DNA of 64,000 bases from the human T2T-CHM13v2.0 reference genome, Homo sapiens, in NCBI RefSeq assembly GCF_009914755.1, contig NC_060930.1. One strand, given 5' to 3'. The notes beneath the pieces were generated by a model. The model ran no database searches, was not told where the DNA came from, and saw nothing but the letters and a program-made list of their open reading frames with translations. The translations under genes were made by a program, and so were the position numbers. Every line of letters starts with the position of its first letter. The first letter of the stretch is position 1. This document shows positions 26,903 through 43,870 of the stretch, piece by piece.

Positions 26903-27682
26903 CTGTTTAGTAAAAAAGAAATTAAAAGAAACATCAGGGAAAGCAAACTCTTTAAAGGTATCTTATATACTTATATCTATGCCTTATATCTTATGATTTT
27001 CTATATAAAGTAAAAGAATGTCAACACTTTGAAAAGTTCTATAAAAGGATATGAGTAATTGTTATCTGTGTAACAAGAATGATCCCATTAAACATACTTT
27101 CTGATTTTCACATAAATTTTTGAAATGTGAAGAAAAACGCATGGTGAGATTGCCTCTATAACGGTGTCTTGATCATTGCAGAATTTTTTTTGAGGGGGCT
27201 TTGACTACTGTTTGTCATGGTCTCATTCAGAGCATCCAGAAGAGACTGTGTTAACAATAGTAATATGAATGGTATAGTCATCCTTCCATTTCTTTTCAGC
27301 CAAGAGGATGGAATTCAGCATAATTCACAGCCTCTCAACTTCTCTCAGCAAGACCCTCAGAGTTCAGAAATGCCACTGCTTAATATACCATAAGAAAGAA
27401 GAAACCCGTAAAGAATCAATTATAGTGTTTCCTTAAAAAATATCTTGGAAAGTTTAAAATGGCAGGTTAGAAACACTAATTAAATATCACACAGTGCTTT
27501 ATTTGCTTTCCTAATCTCAGAAAATAAATATGTACTCAATATGTGTTTACTCAAACACATACTCAAGAGGTCAATACACCCTCATTCTCATTTCTTTAAA
27601 CCCAAGGCAAGGAAATTTAAAGGGCACTCAGCTAGTCCTCTTTTTGTGAGAGTCACTCCCTAAATCCAGAACATTTTCTCAC

Positions 27683-27937
27683 CTGGCACCAGGGTAGTAC
27701 CCACTGAGGGCTCTGACCAGGGGCCTGGCCTCTTTGGAGAACTTGCTCTCACAGAAACCTTGTATTTCATAGCACTCTGCAGCTCAGGTACATTCAGCAT
27801 GGTTCCACTTATGTTCAAGAAAATATGAGTGACTTCAGGAGGGTCTTGGGTGGATACTTTCACCTCATAGGTCCAGTTCTGCCAGGCAGAAGGGCCTAAT
27901 TCAAAGAGTTCAATAATATCACTGATCAGGATGACAT
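27683..27937 (-). CDS. ROS1: ROS1 exon 13 (255 nt; 213 nt with the alternative acceptor at 27895), (N)VILISDIIELFELGPSAWQNW...GTTLVP, FN3
   Basis: Acceptor ttgcag|AT or aattag|GC, donor CAG|gtgaga; within ORF 27660..27965; phase 1 to 1. Confidence 0.93.
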
Positions 27938-28416
27938 CTGCAAGGGCAAACCAAGGATTCTCCATAAATTCACCTACAGCCTCATCTCAAATGGGAGAGC
28001 AATTGGGCAGTAATATCCGCTACCCCGATAATCACCAGGGATCATTTGTTGATGAGGCTAGGACAGTGTTCATTCCTCATGCCGCTCATTTGGCTGCATT
28101 GAAGGAGACAGCATTCCCAACAAATAGGACTGTCCTTCAGTCAAAGCTATATGCTTGCTGCATATAATTGTCAGAGGGGTTCTCTACAACACTAATAGAT
28201 ATAATCAGGCTCTTAATAAAAAATGCTTAATGATGAACCTTTAATGTAATTACCACTGTTTGTATAGTACCTTCCTCCAAGAAGCCCAATCAATAAAAAA
28301 AAATTACCTATTCATTTTCAGCCATCTTTGAGATATGCAGCAAACAGACATAATTAACTTTGTTCTAAAGCAAAAACAGCCAATGTTTTCTAAATACTTA
28401 CTATCGTCTAGGGGAT

Positions 28417-28640
28417 CAGGGATTGGCAAACTCCACTCACAGGCCAAACCTGGCCCACTGTTTCTGTAAATAAAGTTGTAATGGAACACAGCCACAGTTA
28501 TTCATTTACATATTATCTATGACTGTCTTCACACTACAACGACATAATTGAGTAGCTGACAGGGACCATCTGACCCACAAAGTAAATAAAAATATTTACT
28601 ATCTGGTCTTTCCTTTACAGAAAAAGTTTGCTGACCTCTG
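28417..28640 (+). mobile_element. MER58A-like hAT-Charlie element inserted in a MIR
   Basis: Inverted termini cagggattggcaaact / agtttgctgacctctg; MIR core (ggaaactgagacacagag) follows. Confidence 0.8.
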
Positions 28641-29252
28641 TGCTAGATACTGTTCTAAGTGCTCTACTAATGTGTTTTAATTTTATCTGTACAACAGTTC
28701 CATTAAAAGATATAATAAATATTCCCCGTTTCCAGGTGTGGAAACTGAGACACAGAGTGGTTTAGTAACTTGCCCAGGGTCATTCTATTAACAAATGGCA
28801 AGTATTTGAATCCGTGCAGGCTGACTCCAGAGCCCACCTGCTTACCCACCCACATACTACCTCTCTCCAGAGATGGAGATTCGAGTTCAGAGTTTTAGGG
28901 AATTGCTGAAATTCATGCAAGCTTTCAACAGCACAAAAAATCTCAACCCAAGTATTCTATCTCCCTGGCTATTTGTTCTGACTAGAATGTCAATGCCTGG
29001 ATCTTAGCAGACACTCAATAAATGTTCAAATTATTCTATTGGGATATACATGAGAAGTATAGAGATTCTCCTAATGTAAAACTAATAAATGCAGAACAAA
29101 TGTATAAACTTTTTTTTTAGCTAAGTAGCTGCTTCTGGTTGATGACTGAATAGCCAAATGGGGCTCTCAAAATTGAATCACAACGCCAAGCAGTTCAAAC
29201 CTTCCTCTTATTCCAGCAAGGCCAGTAACCACACTGGGGACAGAGCACTCAC

Positions 29253-29749
29253 TGGCTCCTATGGCAAGGGCAGGAGGCTTCCATTGAACAAGAGCCTGGT
29301 GAGAGCCAAACAGCACCGAAAGCTCCTGCGGGCGGCCTGGCAGAGGGTGCAGCTGGGAGGATGAGCCAAAGATGACCAAGTTACCAAACCCAAATTCTTC
29401 TATGTGACTCAGGTCACATCCCACGATGAATTCATTAAAAGACAAAGCATCCTGTTGGAAAATGACCTTGCCATCTGTGACAAGAAAGTCATTGTTTTCA
29501 CAAGCAAAACTTTTCACATCAGCAAAGGGGATGCGAGGTAGGATGAGATGGGAAGCAGAGCCATCCAGAAATGTTGACATGAAGACTTGGGCAGTGTCAT
29601 TGAAGTAAATGATTCGCTTGGCTTGTGGCTTGATTGCAAAGTCCTTTAACGTGCAACTCTCCACAATACGCACAGCTTCTGCACACCGGCCAGATGGTAC
29701 AGGAAGGTCTGCTCTATAAATGCCATCTCTCAGGAGGTAAAAGACATAC
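29253..29749 (-). CDS. ROS1: ROS1 exon 12 (497 nt), (G)YVFYLLRDG...WKPPALAIGA
   Basis: Acceptor gtcag|GTATGT, donor CCA|gtgagt; overlaps ORF 29167..29673; phase 2 to 1. Confidence 0.96.
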
Positions 29750-30038
29750 CTGACACAGGAACAAAAGAAACCTCATGAGATTCAGTCCAAAGGTTGATGA
29801 GTAACCTCCTCAGCTAATTGCTTCATTCTGTTGCACAATCAGAACTATGTATCTCTGATGTTGCTAAGTACAGGATTTTCCAAGGTAGAAAAAGGTAATT
29901 TCCTAAGATATACTCTATTCGTTTAAGTTACAAGTTGGAACATTAGAAAATTTCAGCCTCACTTGTAATGCTTAGTCTCTTAATTATTATAAGTGACTTT
30001 TTAAGGAATCAAAAAATTCAAAAACAGGAAGGGTCTTT

Positions 30039-30329
30039 TATTTTTTTGAGACAAGGTCTTACTCTGTCACCCAGGCTGGAGTTCAGTGACACAATCACAG
30101 CTCACTGCAGCCTCAACCTCCTGGGTTCAGGTGATCCTCCCACACCTCAGTATCCCATGTAGCTGGGACCACAGGCTTGCCACCGTGCTCGGCTAATTTT
30201 TGTATTTTTTGTGGAGACAGGGTATCACCGTGTTGCCCAAGCTAGTCCTGAACTCCTGGGCTCAAGTGATCTGCACACCTTGGCTTCCCAAAGTGCTGGG
30301 ATTACAGGCATTAGCCACCAGCCCTGGCC
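30039..30329 (-). mobile_element. AluJ, full length
   Basis: J-type positions; 13-bp TSD aggaagggtcttt at 30026-30038 and 30330-30342. Confidence 0.93.
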
Positions 30330-33126
30330 AGGAAGGGTCTTTCAAAATTTTAAAGGAAAACATACTATATAGAAATCACATGGCTAAATATGGTATTTAC
30401 TATCAAACATTTTCCTCCAAAAAACACACATCCTTAAGTCTAATTTTATCAGTAAATTTTCTCATGCATTCTGAGTGATAAATGGAAGAAAGTAAAACAT
30501 TTAAACCATTTTTAATTGTACAGTTATCATTTTGCTATAACTAGCATGGCTACTTTGCATTTGCAGTGGACTAATTTTTTTTAATCTACAATTGATGCAG
30601 GCAATAGAGCTACCATTTTATAAACCACAAAGAAATACCCCACACATGACTGAAGCAGGAAAATCCAGCAATCAGGAGAAAGAAGCCAACGGAAGAATTA
30701 GAGAAGCACATCTAATTTAAAGTCAAACCTCACAGTAACGAGGCAGGTTATTTTAATAATGAAAAAGAAAACATACTGCCAAAATATTTCATTGACAATG
30801 AAATATGTAAATAAACTTTTAACTAAAATATAAAACCATTAATGTGGATGTAGCTAATTTACAATTCGTGATTATGGAGAAAGGTGCTAACAGAAGTATA
30901 CTTTGATAAATTCTTATCCCAACCCCAAGGACTGGCAGCATTCCAACCTCTCATCAAAACTGTCAAATCATTTTCCTTGTCCTTATTTAGTTCTGCTCTA
31001 ATTCCCCTTGATGACTATTCCAAATCTTGATCAATTTTCTCAAAACTCCTATGCTAGAATAATATCCTGAGATATAAGCTCCATTTTGAGATATGTAGCT
31101 ATGTTCTTTTCCCTGAGGACGGATTGTAGCAGGCAAAAAGCAAAAACAGCTTGGCTCTTAATTTTCTGCTTTTGTTTCCTAAATTCAAAATTGTTAATGG
31201 AATTTGGAGGAATTTCAGAGTAGATAAAAGGAAAACTATCTGTGGTAAATATTACAATTATTATATTGAAGCAGGGAGGAAGAGAAAGAAAAATAGAAAA
31301 GGTGAAGAGATCTGGTGCATGGGAAGAGGAGGACAGAGTGAGGAGGAGAAGCTGGGGTGGAAGAAGATGGGGAAGTGGTGGTAGGAAGAAAAGCAGAGGT
31401 TTTACAGTAAGTCTGAACTCAATGAGGAGACAATTTGCAGTGCAAAAAGAACAGCATAGAGGAAAATATTTCTAATACCAGGACAATACACTGTTTCACA
31501 CATCTGATGTCCTTTAGGACTACTAAACACAAACTATTGCTGAAAGTTACATGCTGATTTTTATAGAAACTCTCCTATCATGGTATAGAGAGATGGTTAG
31601 AAGACAGGCCCTGGAGCTAGAAGTCCTGGAGCAAGATTTCTTGTTCCAGGGCCTGTCTGGTTCCACTGGTTCCATCGCAAAACAGCTGTATAATCTTAGA
31701 CAATTACGGAATCAACCCGTGTTTCCCTTTCCTTATCTATAAAACTAGAATAATAAAAGTACTTATTTCATAGGGTTGAATACAAATTAAATGAATTATT
31801 GGACATAATACACTTAGAAACACACATTCAGTATAAATACTAATTATCATTATCATTTCTAGTCACATTGCAAAATCTAAGCACAAATCCATTTTATCCT
31901 AATGGAAAAAAAGAGCCACTGAAGACCTCAGTGATCGCATTTGAATGATCGATTAGTGGGTAAAGTTCATTATCCTCAGAATGAGTCATTTTGTGTAAGT
32001 GTCAACAACAAAGTTACATTTCATAGGACCGTAGACCTTTACACATGAAAACAGTAAGATCCAGAGAATCCTTGTCCTACATCACAAAGCATTAAATATT
32101 CCATAATTCAGTAATTCATTCAAACCTAGAAGTTAAAATAAATCTTTAGTAAATTGTGAATGAATAGGAATAGAAAGCTTGATTTTAAAATCTATAATGA
32201 ACAATCTTTTTTAAAAGAAAGTTTTGTTTGTGAAAAACATGTTATGAGCTGTATTTTTTTTTTCATTCAAAATGAAAGCAACTTTATTCCTACAGGAAAG
32301 AAAAAAGTTTAATCTTACAAACATGGGCTTTGCCTACTGGTTACTAATCTGTTATTATCTGGTCATATCTGAGAAATAATAACTCCAAAATAACTTTCTA
32401 TGTGTTTATCCTTCATATTCATATATATCTGGAGTTCACAAAATACATGCACAATAAATACCTCATTTTGTCTTCAAAATAACCCAACTGGGTAAGTATT
32501 ATTACCTTCCCTATATGGATTGATAAATCAATGGTCATAGACATGATATTACTTGCTTCAGGTACTACTCCAATTTAACAGCAAGACTGCGGTACAATGT
32601 GTCCATTTCATTTGGGGGTAGGAGGCAGAGTTATCAATCAGCTCCTGTCTCCTAAGGTGGAAGCTAGCAGCTTTCTTATTAAAGAACCTCTTGATAGATG
32701 TGAGAACCAAACCAGAGGAATGAACTACAGTTGAATGGCTCAGCAAAAGGAACAGGTGGAATGAAGGGGCTTTATCACAGGTAGTGTTGAGGCGGAAAGT
32801 GAGACTCAATCCCATGATAAAGAAGTGGCAAATCCAGGACTAGAACCCAACCCCTGACTCCCAGACAGGAGGTCTTTCCCATATTCCCATATTTGGCTGT
32901 GAAGGAGAGAGAAATAACTACTTTATAAGAGTTGATTTATGTTTGAAAAAACATTCCCTCCTGGCTCTACAGAATGAAAACTTTGCCTGAATTTAATTAA
33001 ATTCACCTAAAGTAAGATGCATAGATAGGCTCATCTGGTACTACAATGTTTCATTAGCAAGCAAGTTTCTCAAAGATTATTTATTGCCAATGGAAGAGAA
33101 TTCATCTTTACAAGGCTAACACATAC

Positions 33127-33224
33127 CCATTGTATGAATCAGCCACAATTTTTTGAGGTGCACTAATAGAGGGTGGAGTAATTTCCTCGATGTTTGAGCA
33201 GTTCTCTAAATCACAGACACATAC
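33127..33224 (-). CDS. ROS1: ROS1 exon 11 (98 nt), VCVCDLENCSNIEEITPPSISAPQKIVADSYN(G)
   Basis: Acceptor tttttag|GTATGT, donor TGG|gtatgt; phase 0 to 2. Confidence 0.95.
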
Positions 33225-34064
33225 CTAAAAAAATAAAAAATATACCGGTAGGATTAGCATCTGTCTATACAGCATTAAATTCAGCCAACAAGTATCCCTG
33301 AGTATCTGTTCTGTTGGAATTGTACTAGGCACTGAGCACTGCCCAAGACAAATGAGCAAAAAAAAGCCCTTAAACGACAGTTTTATATCCTATATCCTAA
33401 TGAATTTATACATTATTGACATCAATGCAATACAAGTGCCTATTTTCCTGGCTTGTAGAGGCATTCAACTATTTTTAACATTTAAGCGATATCTAGGTTT
33501 ATGCACTTTCAACCACAGCAATGGCTGTTGCTTACTGTGATAAGCCTGTACCTTCCAAAGAAGTAGAATTTGAAACATGTCAAGACTGTGTCTTCATCAG
33601 CTCAAAATAGTCCTTATGCACCACAACCACCAACAACAACAACAAAAAATGGTCTTCCGAAAAGTACAGTACTACTGTGTTTTTGGAGAACTACTAAATT
33701 TCCCTCTGGTTATGATATAATTTTAAATGCTTGCAGCTAACTTTGATCATGACTGGCAGTCTTACCTAACAATAAGACAGGTACCACCACTATCTTATAG
33801 AAGATGAATTATTTTTAGTATAAACTCATGACTCTAAAAAAGTACAAATAAAGGTGATTTAATGCTATGTCAGGACTAGCACTAGGTAAAGGCTACACCC
33901 TCCTATAGGCCAGATCTATGATTCATTGATAACCTAGTATCTAAGGCATAGTAAATACTTGAGTATGTATTGAATAAGGCAATTGTGTTTAGTATTAAAT
34001 ATACCAAGATATGCATATCAGTATCACTGTCTATCACTATTCCTCTTTAACTTCTCGGACTAAC

Positions 34065-34249
34065 CAGTTCATCCATGATGAAATACATTCTTTGATAAAG
34101 CCAATCTATGGAGATAGAAGAAATTAATCCTGAACCTCTGTAAAAAATTCTCAGGTCAGATACATCAGACATGTTGGCAGCCTTCTTCGCCCATATGAGA
34201 GTTCCTTCAGAGAAATAAACAATTTGCTGGTGGACATCAACAGATATTC
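34065..34249 (-). CDS. ROS1: ROS1 exon 10 (185 nt), (G)ISVDVHQQIVYFSE...DWLYQRMYFIMDEL, YWTD-type blades
   Basis: Acceptor ttctag|GA, donor CTG|gttagt; within ORF 34047..34274; phase 1 to 0. Confidence 0.96.
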
Positions 34250-34518
34250 CTAGAAGAGCCATGCAAGTGCACACACATTATTATATAACAACCAGGACAA
34301 AAAACTTGTATGAATGAGAATTTATTTATTTAATGATTAATAAATTAAAATAGAAGTATTTTATTTTAAAAGAAAATATTCTTCTAAATTATTCTAATAT
34401 ATTAGGATATTAAGAGAATATGTTCCAGAAATATTCAAAAATTTTCTTTTATTCTAGAAGTACTTCTTTTAGAATCTTCTTTTCACACTAAGGAATCATT
34501 TATCCTTATCATACTGAC

Positions 34519-34641
34519 CTGTAATATTATGGTATATAGCATCCAACCGAAGGCAATGTGCTTCATCTACTAAATGTTTTAAAGATCTCTTTCTTAGAGA
34601 AGTTTTTCTGGATAAAAAGAGCCACTGTTCCTCTTGTTGAA
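34519..34641 (-). CDS. ROS1: ROS1 exon 9 (123 nt), (V)QQEEQWLFLS...AIYHNIT
   Basis: Acceptor tttcag|TT, donor CAG|gtcagt; phase 1 to 1. Confidence 0.95.
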
Positions 34642-36089
34642 CTGAAAAAAACAACACAATTTGCAGACAGGTAGACCAACCACAGGTACACTAACAGACA
34701 CAAAAAAGATCAGTACTACCCTTCAAAGCAAGGGGACTAGTGCTTGAAAGAGGCTGGTCAAATTTTCTCTAATGGCACTGGAGAATTGCATCTATGGTAT
34801 AACTCACATTATTCTATGATTGGAGGTAGGAAGTACAGTAACAATCAAATAGGATTTATGTTCATATGCCCCTAAATAACCCAGAAATGACATCACATGA
34901 TGTATCACTATTCTCAACAACCTTGCCCCAGCTCAGCTTATTATTTTCAGCCATGAGAATTGGCTCGGTGGAGGTGGTCCACCCCAGGCCAGAGTGGGTT
35001 ATGCATGACACACACATATTGTCAGACACTGGTTGTCTCTGTGTTGTCTTCAGTATCTTTGCCTTTAGGGCAGAAGAAAGGTCCTTAAAGGAATGACATT
35101 GGAAGGCTGCAGAACTCTGCTTGATATCCTGTTCAAGTGGAGACTGACACAAGGTGCATGGGTGAACATTTTTAGGGTATTTAATGAATGTTATGCAATA
35201 ATCACAGTAACAACAACCTTAACCCTGCTCTATATTTAACTCACCCTTTGGACGTGCTTCTTACATAACAAAAATACCTCTCCTTTCCTAGAGTCTAGGA
35301 ACAGCCAAAAAAACAAAGGCTGATGATGGATGACACTCAATACCCATTGGCACAGGCATGTACAGATTAGAGTAAGGGGCAGTCAAGTCAGCAAATAGGG
35401 TTCTAGTAAAAATAGAAAACAGGCTCCCAGAATTGTGAATCTCTGGATGTTCTCAAAAATCTTTTATTAGTTTCCCCTCAAATTTCCAGTACTTCTTAGA
35501 AAGCATTTTCATTTGTTATTTTGCTCACACATATATCATACAGTAAGTATTCAGTCACTTGAGGTAATCAATAAAACACCAAAGCCAAAAAGAAAGGGTG
35601 CTTACAAAATAATAAAAGATACTTTGGCAGACTGAATACTTATATAGTAAAATGTAAATTATTAAAGTCCAGATATATTTAAAAACAAAGATACTGGAAA
35701 ACAATGTCTGATATATATTAAATAATTATATATAATCTAAAATAGGGATTAGGGCAGAAATTTATATGTATCCCTTAAGTGTGTAAATGTGAGTCAGAAA
35801 CACTAGTGATTTCAACTGAAACCAAAGATTTGAGGCCATTTTTTTAAAACCCTAAATTTTTTATTCTGATTTTCAATTCCCAAATTCTAATATCTAACCA
35901 CTTACTTTAATTCATCAAATACTTAGGTTCATTTAAAATGGAAAACTTAACAAGTACCCAAAAGACAATAATCATTTGGGCAGAAGAGGTGGGTCTTGAG
36001 GTCTACCAGGTGACCCAGGGCTTCTGGCTCTGAAACCACCCTTGCCACCCTCATTCCTGTGTAGCTAAAGGAAGAAGCCTGACCCATAC

Positions 36090-36166
36090 CTGCTGAAGAT
36101 GAAGTGGTAATACTAGATTCTGCTTCTGGACCCTCACCAACTTCATTTACTGCTGCAATAGAAAAC
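36090..36166 (-). CDS. ROS1: ROS1 exon 8 (77 nt), (R)FSIAAVNEVGEGPEAESSITTSSSA
   Basis: Acceptor aatag|G, donor CAG|gtatgg; within ORF 35947..36219; phase 2 to 1. Confidence 0.95.
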
Positions 36167-36816
36167 CTATTCCAAAAACAATTTGGAGAGACGTGTTTCA
36201 CATGGCATGGTGTGAACATGAGATAAAAATAGAAGGAGCAATAACATTTCTATTTAAAGGGTGATGTGGCAATGCATGAGTCTAGTTACGTGGTGCCACT
36301 GCTCAGCACCGAAATGACCATCAATCACATCCTTGTTTGCATTCCCCTAGAACAGTTCAGGGTCATAGAGGTCAAAAGCTGAACTCTGCTATCTGCATGA
36401 CCCCCATTCTTCTCCGAATTTAAAGAGGCTCTAGTAAATGATAGAAAAGCTAACAATAATAAAATAATTACCCTAATGGTTAATAAAAATGCCTAAACAG
36501 AACTCTACCTCCTTACTTTTTTCATATTGGATTAAATGAAAATTTGACATTCATGGTGTTTACGATGTCTTTATTAGCCATATTTATAAGTATCCTCTGA
36601 ATATAATAGAAATACTTGAGAATGTTTTTGCTTAGGATGCTATAATCTAATAGGCATATAAGCCTGAGGAAAACCACAATGACTTCAACCCAACACCATG
36701 GAGTCAGTGGCGCTTCTCAAAGCACATTTAAACTATTTGATACCCATATTTCTTAAATAATTATCATGCCTGCAGCCATGCTGGTTACATTTTCCTCTGT
36801 ATCACTTAATTCTTAC

Positions 36817-37018
36817 CTGTAGATAGTATTTGGTAAAGTGGAGTAAAACTGGAAACTGGTTCTCTGTGTCCCTGCATCTAATTTTTGATTTTTGCTGATC
36901 AGCCTTAAGTTATAACCCAAAATAGGTCCACCTGGGAATTGAGGTGGATCCCAGCTGACTTCCACAGTGTCGGGACTTGAGCTCTCAATATTCCTAATCA
37001 AAGGTGCAGTTTCAGGAA
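36817..37018 (-). CDS. ROS1: ROS1 exon 7 (202 nt), (V)PETAPLIRN...LPNTIY(R), FN3 repeat 2
   Basis: Acceptor ttccag|TT, donor CAG|gtaaga; within ORF 36813..37061; phase 1 to 2. Confidence 0.96.
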
Positions 37019-38294
37019 CTGGAAGAGATAATGGTGACATAGTGAGCAGAAAAATGTGCAAGCATGATGTTTTTAAAATAAGATGGAAAAAAGTCTTGTT
37101 TTTTTTTTTGAAAACTTAATGGAAACGAAATAATTTTATTAATACTCAAAATATGTGATAGAGGAAAGGTGGTAAGATGTCTAAACCAGTTCGCTCCTTT
37201 CCCAAGAGGCCCTTTCAAATGTTACTTTCCTCACTTCTAATTAATGAAATAAAATTAAATATAGTGTATACGAATACAATAATGGCCCTTTTAAAAAAAG
37301 TCATCAGGAATCTCTAGAGACTTAAATGAGTTGAAACATGGGATGGAACCAGTTTAGGAAGAAGAGGAGAGTCTGACTAAAACTGGAGTCAATGATCGAC
37401 GAGTTTAAAAAAAAGTCCATCCTGGGGCCTTTTCACTCATTTGAGTGGGGCAGCCTTGCTGGTTCCAGCTGGAGATGTGGGTTCAGACAAGCTGGAATTC
37501 GAACAGTTGGCTTCACTTTTGTTGGCATCAGCTCTAATGACCCAGACTACACTTTCCTTACCCCAGCTCTCAGGTCCTGGAAATCCAGGCTGACTGAGCT
37601 TCAGCACCCCTGCCCTGGCAAAGGATTAAAGGAGCATGTATGAAACAACTGAGCGTTCACACACAGTCCCCAGCAGCTACTTAAGTGGAAAAAGAAAGGA
37701 CAACAAATGATCTGACAGCCTAGCTTCCATCTGTGTCTCCACCTGCTTTTCAAACCAAACCCCTAAAACCAGACTCTTTCTCTCCTCTTTCCATAGAAAG
37801 ACACAATTAGAAGTTACTTTGCTCTTGAGTAGATTTCTCTCCCTCTGAACACTTTTGGCAAATGCTCTGCATCACCACTGACTTTTAAAAGCCCTTTTAA
37901 TTGCTCTCTCAGCCTTTCTCTGATGCAATTCATCTCTAACTCTCAGACTAATTTTCAGCAAACACAAGCATCATTGCATCACTCCTCGGCTCCATGTAGT
38001 CAGTCACCATGATAAACAGGGAAGAAATAAATTTCTCCCACTGAATTATAATATAATTAGAATGTCAAAATTTTAAGTCATTAGGGTCAATGCCCAAATG
38101 TGATCTTCCACCATTGAAGCAAGTTAAATGTCACCTACATGGCAAGATGCGATCATTGTCCAGGTCTTCCCCACCGAAAAAAAAACAACACAAAAATCAT
38201 CCCTGAAATGCTGGTATCCCTTGTCTGACAATCATTCCTTTGTTAAGAAATTATTTTCTGAAAGGACCCAGTTAAAAGGCAATAGCACCATTTA

Positions 38295-39003
<709 letters not shown>

Positions 39004-39729
39004 CTAGAAAAGTGAGAATCAGAAACATGAGATGCTATCCATAAGAAGGACACCCATGTAGGGTCTAGAAGACACAGAGGGTATGTGAGCTTGCTTATCC
39101 AGGAGAAAGGCCCAGAAATGAACAGCAAAATTTGTTTTCATTATTTTGATTTGCCCAGCCAATGTCCCTGCACGGTATTTCTGTAGCACCGGAAAATGTC
39201 CCAGCACTGTTGGATAACATATGGCATTGCTTGGAACAAGGAAGAATTCATTCTCCTCTGATCTGGAAAATTTCGAACATGGTCCTAGGCCAGTGTTTGG
39301 TCTGAGGCGCTAAGCAAGAATAGTCAGAATAATCAGCAGAGGTGGCCACACAAACCCTGAGATCTGACAAGCAAGGAGAGAGCAACCATCAGGGAAGGGG
39401 GAAAATGCCCCAACCCACTTCATCAGCTGCTCGGCTCTGCTTAGGTCCAAGGCCTAGTTCAGCCTGAGGCTCTCTGCACATAGGCACATCTCCAGAGCTG
39501 AGGGTTAGGGCATCCAGCCTGGAGCATGTCTTCCTGGGTTGCCTCAGCTAACTCTGAGGGTGAGGGCACCAGACAACTCTCCCTCAGTGTCTGCCCCAGC
39601 ATTCGCCTTCCTCTAAGGCTTCTAGGCTTGAATGCTTTTCCTGGTGTGGAAGTCACATCTTCAAAATAATAAGTCAGAGAATACCCCAATATATGTTCTG
39701 TTTTTAAAAAGCTGTTTTGATAAAATCTT

Positions 39730-42960
<3,231 letters not shown>

Positions 42961-43054
42961 AAGGAATAGATTTATTTCATTGTTTAAAATAAAAACAAAC
43001 TAAATCAAAGCTTTGGAATAATGTCCTTTCATAAGAAATGTGTGCACACCATAC

Positions 43055-43193
43055 CTCCATGAGGATGAGTCCTGTAACTGGGACTTGGAGGGGAGTAGAG
43101 CTGCAGCTGCGCTGTGAAGATCCAAACCACTTGGAAAATGTACTCAGTGAAGGGGTGCAGGGGCTTGACCACATAGGACGGTCTGGACACAGT
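43055..43193 (-). CDS. ROS1: ROS1 exon 6 (139 nt), TVSRPSYVVKPLHPFTEYIFQVVW...RTHPHG
   Basis: Acceptor tctag|ACT, donor GAG|gtatgg; phase 0 to 1. Confidence 0.95.
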
Positions 43194-43870
43194 CTAGATC
43201 AAGGAGTGATCAATAATCAGCATTATAGAATCAGCACCCCACATTGGGACTCAAAAGCATAGATTAATTTGTAGAAGATGGATGGCTCAACAGAGAAGAT
43301 GAAATAAGAGGCCTGGAGCTTAGAGCTAAGCCATTCAGATATCAGCGTGCAGAATTCACTCAGAAATTCTCCCCTTCAAAATAGCAAAATTATGGATTCA
43401 ATTATTTGGCATTTACCTCAAGGACTTGAATTTTTCTATGTTAGTACACATAGTATCTTGGGACTATTTTTTTTTTTTCTAAACTTTCTCATGCTTCCCT
43501 AAAAGACACAGTCCTGGATGACCACCATAGACCGTACTTCTGAATTGCTACAACCCCCATGAGAATCTTTCTTCTGCCCTCCATCCTAGCTAGACTCATC
43601 TTAGCTGTGATGGGCAGATAATGACTAATGAGGTGAATGGTTACGTGATGCTGTACTGAAGGAATAGTATATATGTCCAACATTATATTTTCCTTATAAA
43701 ATAAATATTTTCCCTATAAAATAAGCCTTAATGTTAAGGCTTAGCATTAGCATGTTACAGAGCAGCTGAGATTAAAGTTCATCTGAACCCAACTACCCAT
43801 CTTACAGCTGAATCTTTTCTAGAAGGCCTTTACGCTTATAAGTAATAATTTGGCACTTTTAAAAATTGGG

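Noticed and set aside
34583-34612. Basic motif RKTSLRKRS in exon 9 as a furin site
   Set aside because: P4 is Leu, so it does not match R-X-K/R-R; cleavage cannot be supported from sequence
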